In this document: one piece after another, positions 17,474 to 25,355 of the stretch
Layout of the letters: each line of letters starts with the position of its first letter
Numbering within the stretch: the stretch's first letter is position 1
Source: Desulfomonilia bacterium
GTDB taxonomy: Bacteria; Desulfobacterota; Desulfomonilia; UBA1062
Direction of reading: 5' to 3'
DNA: 64,000 nt
NCBI GenBank assembly: GCA_963664325.2
Contig: CAXXDQ010000002.1
Location: forward strand, 1 to 64,000
Position numbers and translations under genes: made by a program
The notes under the pieces: generated by a model
What the model was told of the DNA's origin: nothing
Database searches by the model: none
The model's input: only the letters and a program-made list of their open reading frames with translations

Positions 17474-20059
17474 TCATAACCCTTTTGGTGTTCGTATGGC
17501 CGGGGCATTACCCTCGGCATCGGTCTTTATAAGCCAGGCATCCCAATGACTCATATAATCTGAATTTTGAGTCGCTCCTGCCAGTATGTACCCACCATCG
17601 CTCGTCTGTTGGACAGCAGAGGCATAGTCCTCGTCGCTTCCCCCGAATGTCCTGTCCCAGAGCTTGTTACCATTCGAATCTGTCTTGATAAGCCAGGCAT
17701 CCTGACCACCAACACCATATGAAGAGGTATACCCAGCCAGTATGTACCCGCCATCACTCGTCTGCTGGACGGAAGAGGCATATTCGTCGTCGCTTCCCCC
17801 GAATGTCCTGTCCCAGAGCTTGTTACCATTCGAATCTGTCTTGATAAGCCAGGCATCTTGACCACCAACCCCATATGAAGAGGTATATCCAGCCAGTATG
17901 TACCCGCCATCACTCGTCTGCTGGACGGAAGAGGCATATTCGTCGAAGCTTCCCCCGAATGTCCTGTCCCAGAGCTTGTTACCACTTGAATCGGTCTTAA
18001 TCAGCCAAGCATCCTGACCACCAGCACCATATGATTTTGTATATCCAGTCAGTATATACCCGCCATCACTCGTCTGCTGGATGGCATAGGTATAATCGTT
18101 ATTGCTTCCCCCGAAGGTCTTGCCCCAGAGCTTGTTCCCACTTGAATCGGTTTTTGTCAGCCATGCATCATAATTACCGGCAGTTGTATACCCAGCCGTT
18201 ATGTACCCGCCATCACTCGTCTGCTGGACTGCATAGGCATATTCCCCGTTGCCTAAACCGAAAACTCTGACCCATTCTGTGTCATTATTATAACAATTGC
18301 CAGTTTCATTGTGATAATTACATGTCAAGCCAGAAGAGTCAGTCTTGATAAGCCAGGCATCGTGATCAGTATATCCGGCCAGTATGTACCCACCATCGCT
18401 CGTCTGCCGAACTGCACGGGCATAGTGAGAAAAGTAATGGTAGGAGTAGGTTTTATTAAATATACGGTCCCAGAGTAAGTCCCCATTTGCATCTGCTTTG
18501 ACAAGCAAGGCATCATCATTAATTGCTGATTTATATCCAGCTAGTATGTATCCACCATCGCTCGTCTGCTGGACTGCATATCCTTCTTCCCAAGTCGACC
18601 ATCCGAAGGTATTGTTAAAGGTAATACTGACAACGGAAACCATACATGTGTCTTTATTTGTTAACCCCCCTGCATCCGTCACGGTCAGTTCGAATGTAAG
18701 TGTTGAGCCTACTGCTACAGAAGCGACAAACTGTGCTGTGGTCGTGCTGGCATTGGATATTGTCACAGATGGACCACCTGTCTGTTGCCATTGATATAAA
18801 ATAATTCCATTATCAGGATCTGTTGATTCTCCACCATTGAGTGTTACAACCATCCCTTGTACTACACTTTGGTTAGGGCCTGCTTCAGCTATAGGTGGGT
18901 CATTGACACCAATTACATTGACTGTGCAGGTGTCAGTCGATTTAAGACCACCATTGTCCGTCACGGTCAGTTTAAATTTAAGGATTGCCCCTGACTCGAT
19001 AACATTCGGAGCCATAAAGGTTGGCTTGATTGCAGACGCATTAGAAAGGATCGCTGCTGGGCCATCTGTCTGCTGCCAATCGTAAGATACTATCCCATCC
19101 TTGTCATAGGAGTTAGATGCATCGAGCGTCACAACGGTGACTTCAGCGACGGTCTGGTCAGGCCCAGCATCGGCCACTGGAGGCTCGTTTATCCATGTGA
19201 CATTGACAATGCAGGTAGCATTTGACTTGAGGCCTCCGTGATCCGTCACAGTTAATCTAAATGTAAGTGATGTCCCGCTTGGACCAACATCCGGTGATAT
19301 GAAGGTGGCTTGTTCTTTATCAGCATCCGCTAAAATGACAATGGGTCCATCAATCTGGACCCACTCATAGGATGCTATGCCATCATCAGGATCTGTCGAA
19401 CCCGAACCATCCAGGACAACAGGTACTCCTTCTTCGACAGTCTGATCCGGTCTAACAATTGCCATAGGCGGTTCATCTATCCATGTAACGTTTACTATAG
19501 TTGTGGCCATGGATATCAAAGCTGTGCTGTCTGTCACGGTGAGCTTGAAAGAGAGGGCTTCACTCTGATGACTCTCGTCAGGTGCCAGGAATGTAGTGGT
19601 CATATTGTTGGGGCTGGACAACTCAACTGGTGTGCCACTGGTTTGTTCCCATTCATAAGAGACGATGTCATCATCAAGATCCGTTGAATTGGATGCGTCT
19701 AAAGTGACCAACATTCCTTCTATCACTGTCTGGTCTGGTCCTGTACGAGCCACAGGAGGGCTGTTTGATAGGATGTTCCATGCCTGCGTATCGGTGCCTA
19801 AAAAATTCTTTGCTCTGACAATTAGGATGTGGTCTCCTCCTTGAGAAATGTATTCATAGGATTTCCCTGTGTTTGAAAGGGGTGTACTATCAAGTGACCA
19901 AGAATAAGTAGCCCCAAGAGGAAAAACGTTAACACTAAATGTTTTCTGCTCATTGTACGACATATAAACATCATTGGTGCTGGGTGATTTTGATAAGATG
20001 CACCCACTCAGCATGGATATGGGAATAGCAATAAACAGGAATGCAACGGCTTTTTTCAT
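17474..20059 (-). CDS. Surface lipoprotein with four PKD/K319L-like Ig repeats and a C-terminal beta-propeller
   Basis: Lipobox LSGC; four PPxAxAGPDQTV..LDAS.S.D.D..YxWxQ repeats; repeated QQTSDGGYILAG/DAWLIKTD blades. Confidence 0.9.
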   Translation of the reverse strand: MKKAVAFLFIAIPISMLSGCILSKSPSTNDVYMSYNEQKTFSVNVFPLGATYSWSLDSTPLSNTGKSYEYISQGGDHILIVRAKNFLGTDTQAWNILSNSPPVARTGPDQTVIEGMLVTLDASNSTDLDDDIVSYEWEQTSGTPVELSSPNNMTTTFLAPDESHQSEALSFKLTVTDSTALISMATTIVNVTWIDEPPMAIVRPDQTVEEGVPVVLDGSGSTDPDDGIASYEWVQIDGPIVILADADKEQATFISPDVGPSGTSLTFRLTVTDHGGLKSNATCIVNVTWINEPPVADAGPDQTVAEVTVVTLDASNSYDKDGIVSYDWQQTDGPAAILSNASAIKPTFMAPNVIESGAILKFKLTVTDNGGLKSTDTCTVNVIGVNDPPIAEAGPNQSVVQGMVVTLNGGESTDPDNGIILYQWQQTGGPSVTISNASTTTAQFVASVAVGSTLTFELTVTDAGGLTNKDTCMVSVVSITFNNTFGWSTWEEGYAVQQTSDGGYILAGYKSAINDDALLVKADANGDLLWDRIFNKTYSYHYFSHYARAVRQTSDGGYILAGYTDHDAWLIKTDSSGLTCNYHNETGNCYNNDTEWVRVFGLGNGEYAYAVQQTSDGGYITAGYTTAGNYDAWLTKTDSSGNKLWGKTFGGSNNDYTYAIQQTSDGGYILTGYTKSYGAGGQDAWLIKTDSSGNKLWDRTFGGSFDEYASSVQQTSDGGYILAGYTSSYGVGGQDAWLIKTDSNGNKLWDRTFGGSDDEYASSVQQTSDGGYILAGYTSSYGVGGQDAWLIKTDSNGNKLWDRTFGGSDEDYASAVQQTSDGGYILAGATQNSDYMSHWDAWLIKTDAEGNAPAIRTPKGL
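17581..18150 (-). repeat. Intragenic 156-bp (52-aa) tandem repeats
   Basis: CCAGTATGTACCC recurs at 17581, 17737 and 17893; neighbouring copies are near identical. Confidence 0.9.
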
Positions 20060-20173
20060 GATAATCTCCTCCAAATTATTGGCCAAAGTACAGCCGAAAT
20101 TGTAATAAATAATATTTGAACAATAAGATGATTTCTTAACAAGTCAAGGTAAAGCTCTGCCTGGTAAGATGAG

Positions 20174-20202
20174 AAGTCAGGTAGGGAAAGCCTGACTTTT
20201 TT
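20174..20202 (+). terminator. Hairpin followed by T-tract (intrinsic terminator-like)
   Basis: AAGTCAGG-tagggaaag-CCTGACTT followed by TTTT. Confidence 0.5.
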
Positions 20203-20234
20203 ATTGTTCAGTGAGAAGGGGAAACCCTGCATCA

Positions 20235-20253
20235 TGTTGCACTATTGTTGCAC
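20235..20253. repeat. Direct repeat TGTTGCAC x2, possible integrase arm-type sites
   Basis: Copies at 20235-20242 and 20246-20253 (11-bp period), ~60 bp inside the att core. Confidence 0.5.
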
Positions 20254-20312
20254 CTGGTTAATATCGAGTTACTATTTTAAGAGATTTAAAATTTATGGAT
20301 GAGCTTAAAAAC

Positions 20313-20400
20313 TGGTGCCGGAGGCGGGAATCGAACCCGCACGAGGCTGAGCCTCTTCGGATTTTGAGTCCGACGCGTCTGCCAGTTCCACCACTCCGGC
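20313..20400 (-). tRNA. tRNA-Leu(CAA)
   Basis: GCCGGAGTGGTGGAACTGGCAGACGCGTCGGACTCAAAATCCGA..GGGTTCGATTCCCGCCTCCGGCACCA; long variable arm; encoded CCA. Confidence 0.97.
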
Positions 20401-20507
20401 TTATTTTTGGCTTTGTAGCAAAGAGGCTTTTCTTTTGCAAGGCATCTATTGACAAATTGAACAACTTCAAACAATACCATTAAGATACTATTCTATTGGG
20501 GGCGACT

Positions 20508-20747
20508 ATGGCAGATGAAAGTATTCTTGTTCATTCTTTCATGAAAAATGCACTTGAAGAGGTCCGGGTGTCCGTGAGCACTTTCAAAGGTAAGAAATAC
20601 CTTGATATCAGGGTATACTACCAGGACGACAACGGTGAATTCAAACCTTCAAAAAAAGGTATCGCTATCAGTCCCGAGCTCCTTCCGGAACTTGAGAGTT
20701 CAATAGGAAAACTGAAGAAAATTCTTGAGGCTCCTGATAAGGAATAA
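20508..20747 (+). CDS. PC4/p15 (YdbC-like) ssDNA-binding protein
   Basis: VRVSVSTFKGKKYLDIRVYY..PSKKGIAI. Confidence 0.9.
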   Translation: MADESILVHSFMKNALEEVRVSVSTFKGKKYLDIRVYYQDDNGEFKPSKKGIAISPELLPELESSIGKLKKILEAPDKE

Positions 20748-20924
20748 TGCTGTTCACTGCAGGCGCTTTAAACCTGTCATGGTTCGGGACCCGGTTCAAC
20801 CAAACTTGATTGCCGGAAATTTATTTTCAATATTGTCAGCTTTCATTTGTTGAGCTATGTCCACGGCATTGTCAATTATAATTACCTGCTTGTATTTATG
20901 TTAAAAAGATGAACGGAGGCTGAA

Positions 20925-22073
20925 ATGAACTTTAACATTACCCAGGAACAAAGGATGCTTCAGGAAACAGTAAAACGTTTTGCCGAAAAAGAAGTTGCCC
21001 CCCTTGTTGAAGAAATGGATCGTGATGAAAAGTTCGATGAACAGCTCTGGGAAAAGGCAAAGCCCGTAGGACTTCTTGGAATGGGCGTGGAGCCGGAATA
21101 TGGAGGCATGCTCACGGACTATCTTGCGTTTGGCCTTATGGCTCAGGAACTGAGCAAGGTCGATGCCGGAGTTACGGTAACTTTGGGGGCGCATTCTCTT
21201 TTATGCGCCAACAACATTGCAAGGAATGCAACAGAAGAGCAGAAAAAGAAATACCTGCCTGCACTGGCGAACGGCGACTTGAAAGGCTGCATGGGCCTTA
21301 CCGAGCCGGGAGCAGGCTCGGATGCCATCTCGCTCAAGACAAGGGCCAGAAGGGACGGGGATTATTATATCTTGAACGGAAGCAAGACATTCATATCGAA
21401 TGCTCCGATTGCCGACATTGCACTCATATATGCGACCACTGACCCCGCACTTGGCCTTGCAGGCCTTTGCGCATTCATAGTTGAGAAAAAATTTCCCGGA
21501 TATAAGGTCGGCCGGAAGCTTTCGAAAATGGGGCTTCGTTCATCTCCGACCGGAGAGATAATCATGGAAGACTGCAGGGTGCCTGTTGAAAATCTGCTTG
21601 GGGGAGTCGAGGGTAAAGGCCTGAAAACGATGTTCTCCGGTCTCGATGTCGAGCGTTTCATGTGGTCGTGCATGGCAATTGGCATTGCGGAGGCTGCTTT
21701 CGGCGCAGCCTTAAAATATTCAAAGGAAAGGGAACAGTTCGGTCAGCCGATATTCAACTTCCAGATGATACAGGACAAGCTTGCCACCATGCTTGTTGAG
21801 ATTGAGGCCTCAAAGCTTCTTGCGTACAAGGGGATTACATGCTGGGACGAGGGTAATTTCAAGGAAGCCAGGATGCTTGCCGCGCAGGTCAAGCTCTATG
21901 CATGTGAAATGGTAAACCGCGTAACTGCCGAAGCGGTCCATATTCATGGCGGTTATGGCTATATGAAGGAATTCCCGGTCGAACGATATATGCGCGACGC
22001 AAAGGTGTTTCCGATAGGTGCTGGAACGAGTGAGGTCCAGAAGCTTATAATTACAAATTATCTGAACAAATAA
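20925..22073 (+). CDS. Acyl-CoA dehydrogenase (isovaleryl/butyryl-CoA type)
   Basis: MGLTEPGAGSD, LNGSKTFISN, REQFGQPI, HGGYGYMKEFPVERYMRDAK. Confidence 0.95.
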   Translation: MNFNITQEQRMLQETVKRFAEKEVAPLVEEMDRDEKFDEQLWEKAKPVGLLGMGVEPEYGGMLTDYLAFGLMAQELSKVDAGVTVTLGAHSLLCANNIARNATEEQKKKYLPALANGDLKGCMGLTEPGAGSDAISLKTRARRDGDYYILNGSKTFISNAPIADIALIYATTDPALGLAGLCAFIVEKKFPGYKVGRKLSKMGLRSSPTGEIIMEDCRVPVENLLGGVEGKGLKTMFSGLDVERFMWSCMAIGIAEAAFGAALKYSKEREQFGQPIFNFQMIQDKLATMLVEIEASKLLAYKGITCWDEGNFKEARMLAAQVKLYACEMVNRVTAEAVHIHGGYGYMKEFPVERYMRDAKVFPIGAGTSEVQKLIITNYLNK

Positions 22074-22084
22074 AGGTATCATCC

Positions 22085-22435
22085 ATGCATGAACTTCCGG
22101 TCACTGAGGGCATACTTAATATTGTGCTGAAGCATGCGGCCGGAGCCCAGGTTAAAAAGGTCGTTTCAATCTCACTGAAAATCGGCGAGATGAGCGACCT
22201 AGAAGACGAGTGGATTCAGCGATACTTTGACTATCTGAGTAAAGACACTGTTGCACAGGGTGCAAAACTGAAAATCGAAAGGGTGCCTGTAATGATCCGT
22301 TGCAATAATTGTTCTGAGGTTTATGCATTAGACATCAGGAAAACAACTGATACCTGCTGTCCAGCCTGCGGAAGTGATGCAGGGACAATGATATCCGGCA
22401 GGGAATACCATGTGAAGGATATGGAGGTCATCTGA
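22085..22435 (+). CDS. hypA: Nickel metallochaperone HypA
   Basis: MHE N-terminus, two CxxC motifs, GRE near the C-terminus. Confidence 0.95.
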   Translation: MHELPVTEGILNIVLKHAAGAQVKKVVSISLKIGEMSDLEDEWIQRYFDYLSKDTVAQGAKLKIERVPVMIRCNNCSEVYALDIRKTTDTCCPACGSDAGTMISGREYHVKDMEVI

Positions 22436-23112
22436 TGGAGGAGATACGCCTTATCGAACTCAAAGAAGACATTATGGCCGACAACAGTTCCCTTGCCGCT
22501 GAGCTAAAAAAAATGCTGAAGGAAAAAAAGACATTCCTGCTCAATATAATGTCATCTCCGGGTGCTGGTAAGACCACGCTGATTCTGAAGACATTGGAAT
22601 CATTGAAGACCAGATTCAGGATTGCCGTCATTGAGGCGGATATCGATTCTGTTGTGGATGCGGAAAAGGTCGCCCTGATGGGGGTGAAAGCGGTTCAGCT
22701 GAGGACCGGCGGGTTTTGTCATCTTGATTCATCCATGGTCAAAAAGGGCCTTGATACACTCGATCTTGACAATCTTGACCTGGTAATTGTCGAAAATGTG
22801 GGCAACCTTGTCTGCCCCGCAGAGTTTGACACCGGCGCAATCAGTAACGCCATGATATTGAGCATCCCGGAAGGCGACGACAAACCCCTTAAATACCCTC
22901 TCATGTTTACTGTCTGCGACTGCCTTATAGTGAGCAAGATGGATTGTGTTTCAATGTTTGACTTTGATATGGACGTGCTTGAAAAACGTGCCAGAAAGCT
23001 TAATCCGGCAATAAGCATTTTTCCTGTTTCAGCGAAAAAGGGAACGGGGATGCAAGCTTGGACCAAATGGCTGGAAAGGGAGATCGGCGAGTTTATCGGC
23101 AGTCCCGCTTGA
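22435..23112 (+). CDS. hypB: Nickel-insertion GTPase HypB
   Basis: SSPGAGKT, CHLD, ENVGNLVCPA, EGDDKPLKYP. Confidence 0.95.
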   Translation: MEEIRLIELKEDIMADNSSLAAELKKMLKEKKTFLLNIMSSPGAGKTTLILKTLESLKTRFRIAVIEADIDSVVDAEKVALMGVKAVQLRTGGFCHLDSSMVKKGLDTLDLDNLDLVIVENVGNLVCPAEFDTGAISNAMILSIPEGDDKPLKYPLMFTVCDCLIVSKMDCVSMFDFDMDVLEKRARKLNPAISIFPVSAKKGTGMQAWTKWLEREIGEFIGSPA

Positions 23113-23116
23113 GATC

Positions 23117-23662
23117 TTATTGCACCGACCCCCGGGGCCCTTTATAGGCAGCCAGCAGCTTTATCAGGCGGCCTGCCGTTTTGGTATCCATATTAGCCAG
23201 GATAGCCCCTGAAATATCCCCGTTCATACCCGCCAGGACCTCTACTGTCTGTTCAGTATCAAGGCCTTCCATAAGACGGGCGGCAGACTTTGCGTCCATT
23301 GCCGAATATATTTTGACAAGTCTTCTGACTCTTGCGTCACTTACACGGTTTATCTGTTTCAGCTCCTGTTGAACACGCGACTCGATCTGTTCAAGCTTTC
23401 TGAGCCTGTCATCGATGTTCTTTTCAAGGAGTTCAAGCCCGGCCTCTTTTGCCCTGAGTTCCTCGCGCTGTTTCATTACCTGGTAAAATTCGTTTTCAGG
23501 ATCAGGAGGCATGACCTTAGGAACCTGTTTTACTGTAGGAATCTCGGCTGCATACGGACTTGCAGATAACATGACCATGCAGGTTAATATGATCAGCGAG
23601 GAAAGAAATTTTATAATGCCTTTATTGTCAGACAAGCACATCTTCCCTTCCTTTGCCTGCAA
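23117..23662 (-). CDS. MotE/FlbB-like protein (coiled coil plus MgtE-N-like domain)
   Basis: N-terminal hydrophobic segment, coiled coil, then LVKIYSAMDAKSAARLM..ILANMD..AGRL. Confidence 0.8.
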   Translation of the reverse strand: MQAKEGKMCLSDNKGIIKFLSSLIILTCMVMLSASPYAAEIPTVKQVPKVMPPDPENEFYQVMKQREELRAKEAGLELLEKNIDDRLRKLEQIESRVQQELKQINRVSDARVRRLVKIYSAMDAKSAARLMEGLDTEQTVEVLAGMNGDISGAILANMDTKTAGRLIKLLAAYKGPRGSVQ

Positions 23663-25298
23663 TTACAAGCCTTCCCAGCCTTTCCAGTTTCCTGGCAATG
23701 CGGATAATATTCTGCTGTGCTGTCTCGACATCGGCAATCCTTACCGGACCAAGGGATTCCATATCCTCTTTGAGCATTTCAGCAGCCCTGTTTGACATGT
23801 TCGAGAATATCTTTTCTTTCAACTCGTCATTTGCGGTCTTGAGAGCGAGGTTAAGGTCTTCATTGGTGATTTCCTTTAAAAGCGTCTGGATTCCGCGGCT
23901 GTCAATATACATTATGTCCTCAAAGACAAACATCTTCTGGCGTATCCTGTCTGCAAGCAGAGGGTCTGCATCTTCAAGGGATGCAAAGATAATGTTCTCG
24001 GTATTTATATCCAGATGATTCATGATATCTGCAACATATTCAACGCCTCCCAGTTTTCTGCCCTCATATGCACCCATTGCCTCGATGTCTCTTTTAAGCA
24101 CCTGGTCGAGTTCGTCTATTACCACCCTGGGGATTACCCCCATATTGGCCATCCTGAATATGACTTCACCCTGTATCCTTTCAGGCATGGCGGCCAGTAT
24201 TCTGGCAGACCTGTTTCCTGGGAGATGCGACAAAACAACCGCAATAGTCTGCGGATGTTCTCCTTTGAGATAATCTGAAAGAATTGAGGCATCCACATGG
24301 TTCAGCGTGGCAAACGGGCCTGTATCTTCTTCATTCTGCACTTTGACATCAGCAGTTTCAGCTTTAACATCAATCTTATCCTCAGAAATTGAACTCTTCA
24401 CTAAAGAACCGTCTTTTAATGCTGGCGCATGTACGGCAATGTCATGCTGCATGACTGGCACGCCTGGCAAGTATTCTGCAGTCCTGTTTTTCCTCATTGA
24501 GTATATTAAAGCTGTAAGCATTAAGACAAAAGCAATTACAAGCACAACAGGAAGCATCGGCAGGGATTTTAAAATACCGTCCGCAGGAGAACCATCCCCG
24601 TACCTCTGAGTCGTTTCTTTGGCAAAAGGCATTGAGGTGACGGCAATTGTGTCATCCCGGGTCTCATCAAATCCCAGCGCCTGCTTCAGCACGGCCTCGA
24701 TATTTTTTAGTTCACTCTCGGTTGCTGGAATAAATACCTTCTTCCCTGATCTGCCAGTCGAATAGGTTCCGTCCACGATAACTGATACTGAAAGCCTTCT
24801 GATATCACCTGGAGTCTGTATATATTCAGTTACGATATCCTGAGGGGTTACAGCTTCATTCCTGCTGTACGGCAACTGAGATCCCGGGCCTTCAGTTCCC
24901 CTGACCCTTTTCATGACCTCCATATCAATATCCGCATTGATTGTTACAAGGGCCCGGCCCGGACCCAGAAGCCTTTCCAGGATATCCTGAGCCCTTTTTT
25001 CAAGACTGCTCTCAACCATTTGTTTTGCTTCGACACCCTGATTTGATGCTTTAGGACTAATGTCAGCATCTTGCTGCTTGATAATGCCTGGAGACATCTT
25101 GGGGGTGTTTACAGACATGAATAAAAGCATTGCAAAAACTATAACCAGGACAGTCAGCGTAATTATCAAGGCAGTGCTGATATATTGAAACCTTTTTAAA
25201 AACGGCCCTGATATACCGTTTGCACCAATGGCAACAGCGGTTTCGGCTGCATGTCTTTCTGATGGCCTATCCATTATCGTATCCATTACGCTATCCAT
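23628..25298 (-). CDS. Natural fusion of a shortened FliF (TM-RBM3-TM) to FliG middle and C-terminal domains
   Basis: FliF-C motifs LEKRAQDILERLLGPG, IRRLSVSVIVDG, ALGFDETRDDTIAVTSMPF; FliG motifs EHPQ, GG linker, MFVFED, NMSNRAAEMLKEDMESLGPVR. Confidence 0.92.
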   Translation of the reverse strand: MDSVMDTIMDRPSERHAAETAVAIGANGISGPFLKRFQYISTALIITLTVLVIVFAMLLFMSVNTPKMSPGIIKQQDADISPKASNQGVEAKQMVESSLEKRAQDILERLLGPGRALVTINADIDMEVMKRVRGTEGPGSQLPYSRNEAVTPQDIVTEYIQTPGDIRRLSVSVIVDGTYSTGRSGKKVFIPATESELKNIEAVLKQALGFDETRDDTIAVTSMPFAKETTQRYGDGSPADGILKSLPMLPVVLVIAFVLMLTALIYSMRKNRTAEYLPGVPVMQHDIAVHAPALKDGSLVKSSISEDKIDVKAETADVKVQNEEDTGPFATLNHVDASILSDYLKGEHPQTIAVVLSHLPGNRSARILAAMPERIQGEVIFRMANMGVIPRVVIDELDQVLKRDIEAMGAYEGRKLGGVEYVADIMNHLDINTENIIFASLEDADPLLADRIRQKMFVFEDIMYIDSRGIQTLLKEITNEDLNLALKTANDELKEKIFSNMSNRAAEMLKEDMESLGPVRIADVETAQQNIIRIARKLERLGRLVIAGKGREDVLV

Positions 25299-25310
25299 GA
25301 ATATCCAATA

Positions 25311-25326
25311 AGCAAATGCCGTACCA
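25311..25326 (-). promoter_or_regulatory. sigma54 (-24/-12) promoter for the fliF-fliG fusion
   Basis: Minus strand TGGTAC-GGCAT-TTGCT vs consensus TGGCAC-N5-TTGCW. Confidence 0.7.
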
Positions 25327-25355
25327 TGCCTGCATACTGTCTATATAAGCCATTT

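Larger units (their letters stand above)
7365..20370. mobile_element. tRNA-Leu-integrated genomic island (~13 kb), no integrase visible
   Basis: Flanked by the 61-bp repeat; 7430-16650 is visibly AT-rich relative to the flanks; defence-type cargo and an hsdS remnant. Confidence 0.85.

Noticed and set aside
17581-18150. Regular repeats as a CRISPR array or DGR template/variable pair
   Set aside because: The period is 156 bp in frame with no unique spacers; differences are not adenine-specific; no cas or reverse transcriptase gene is present.
20258-20483. Short ORFs overlapping the tRNA
   Set aside because: Spurious translations of the tRNA and its promoter.
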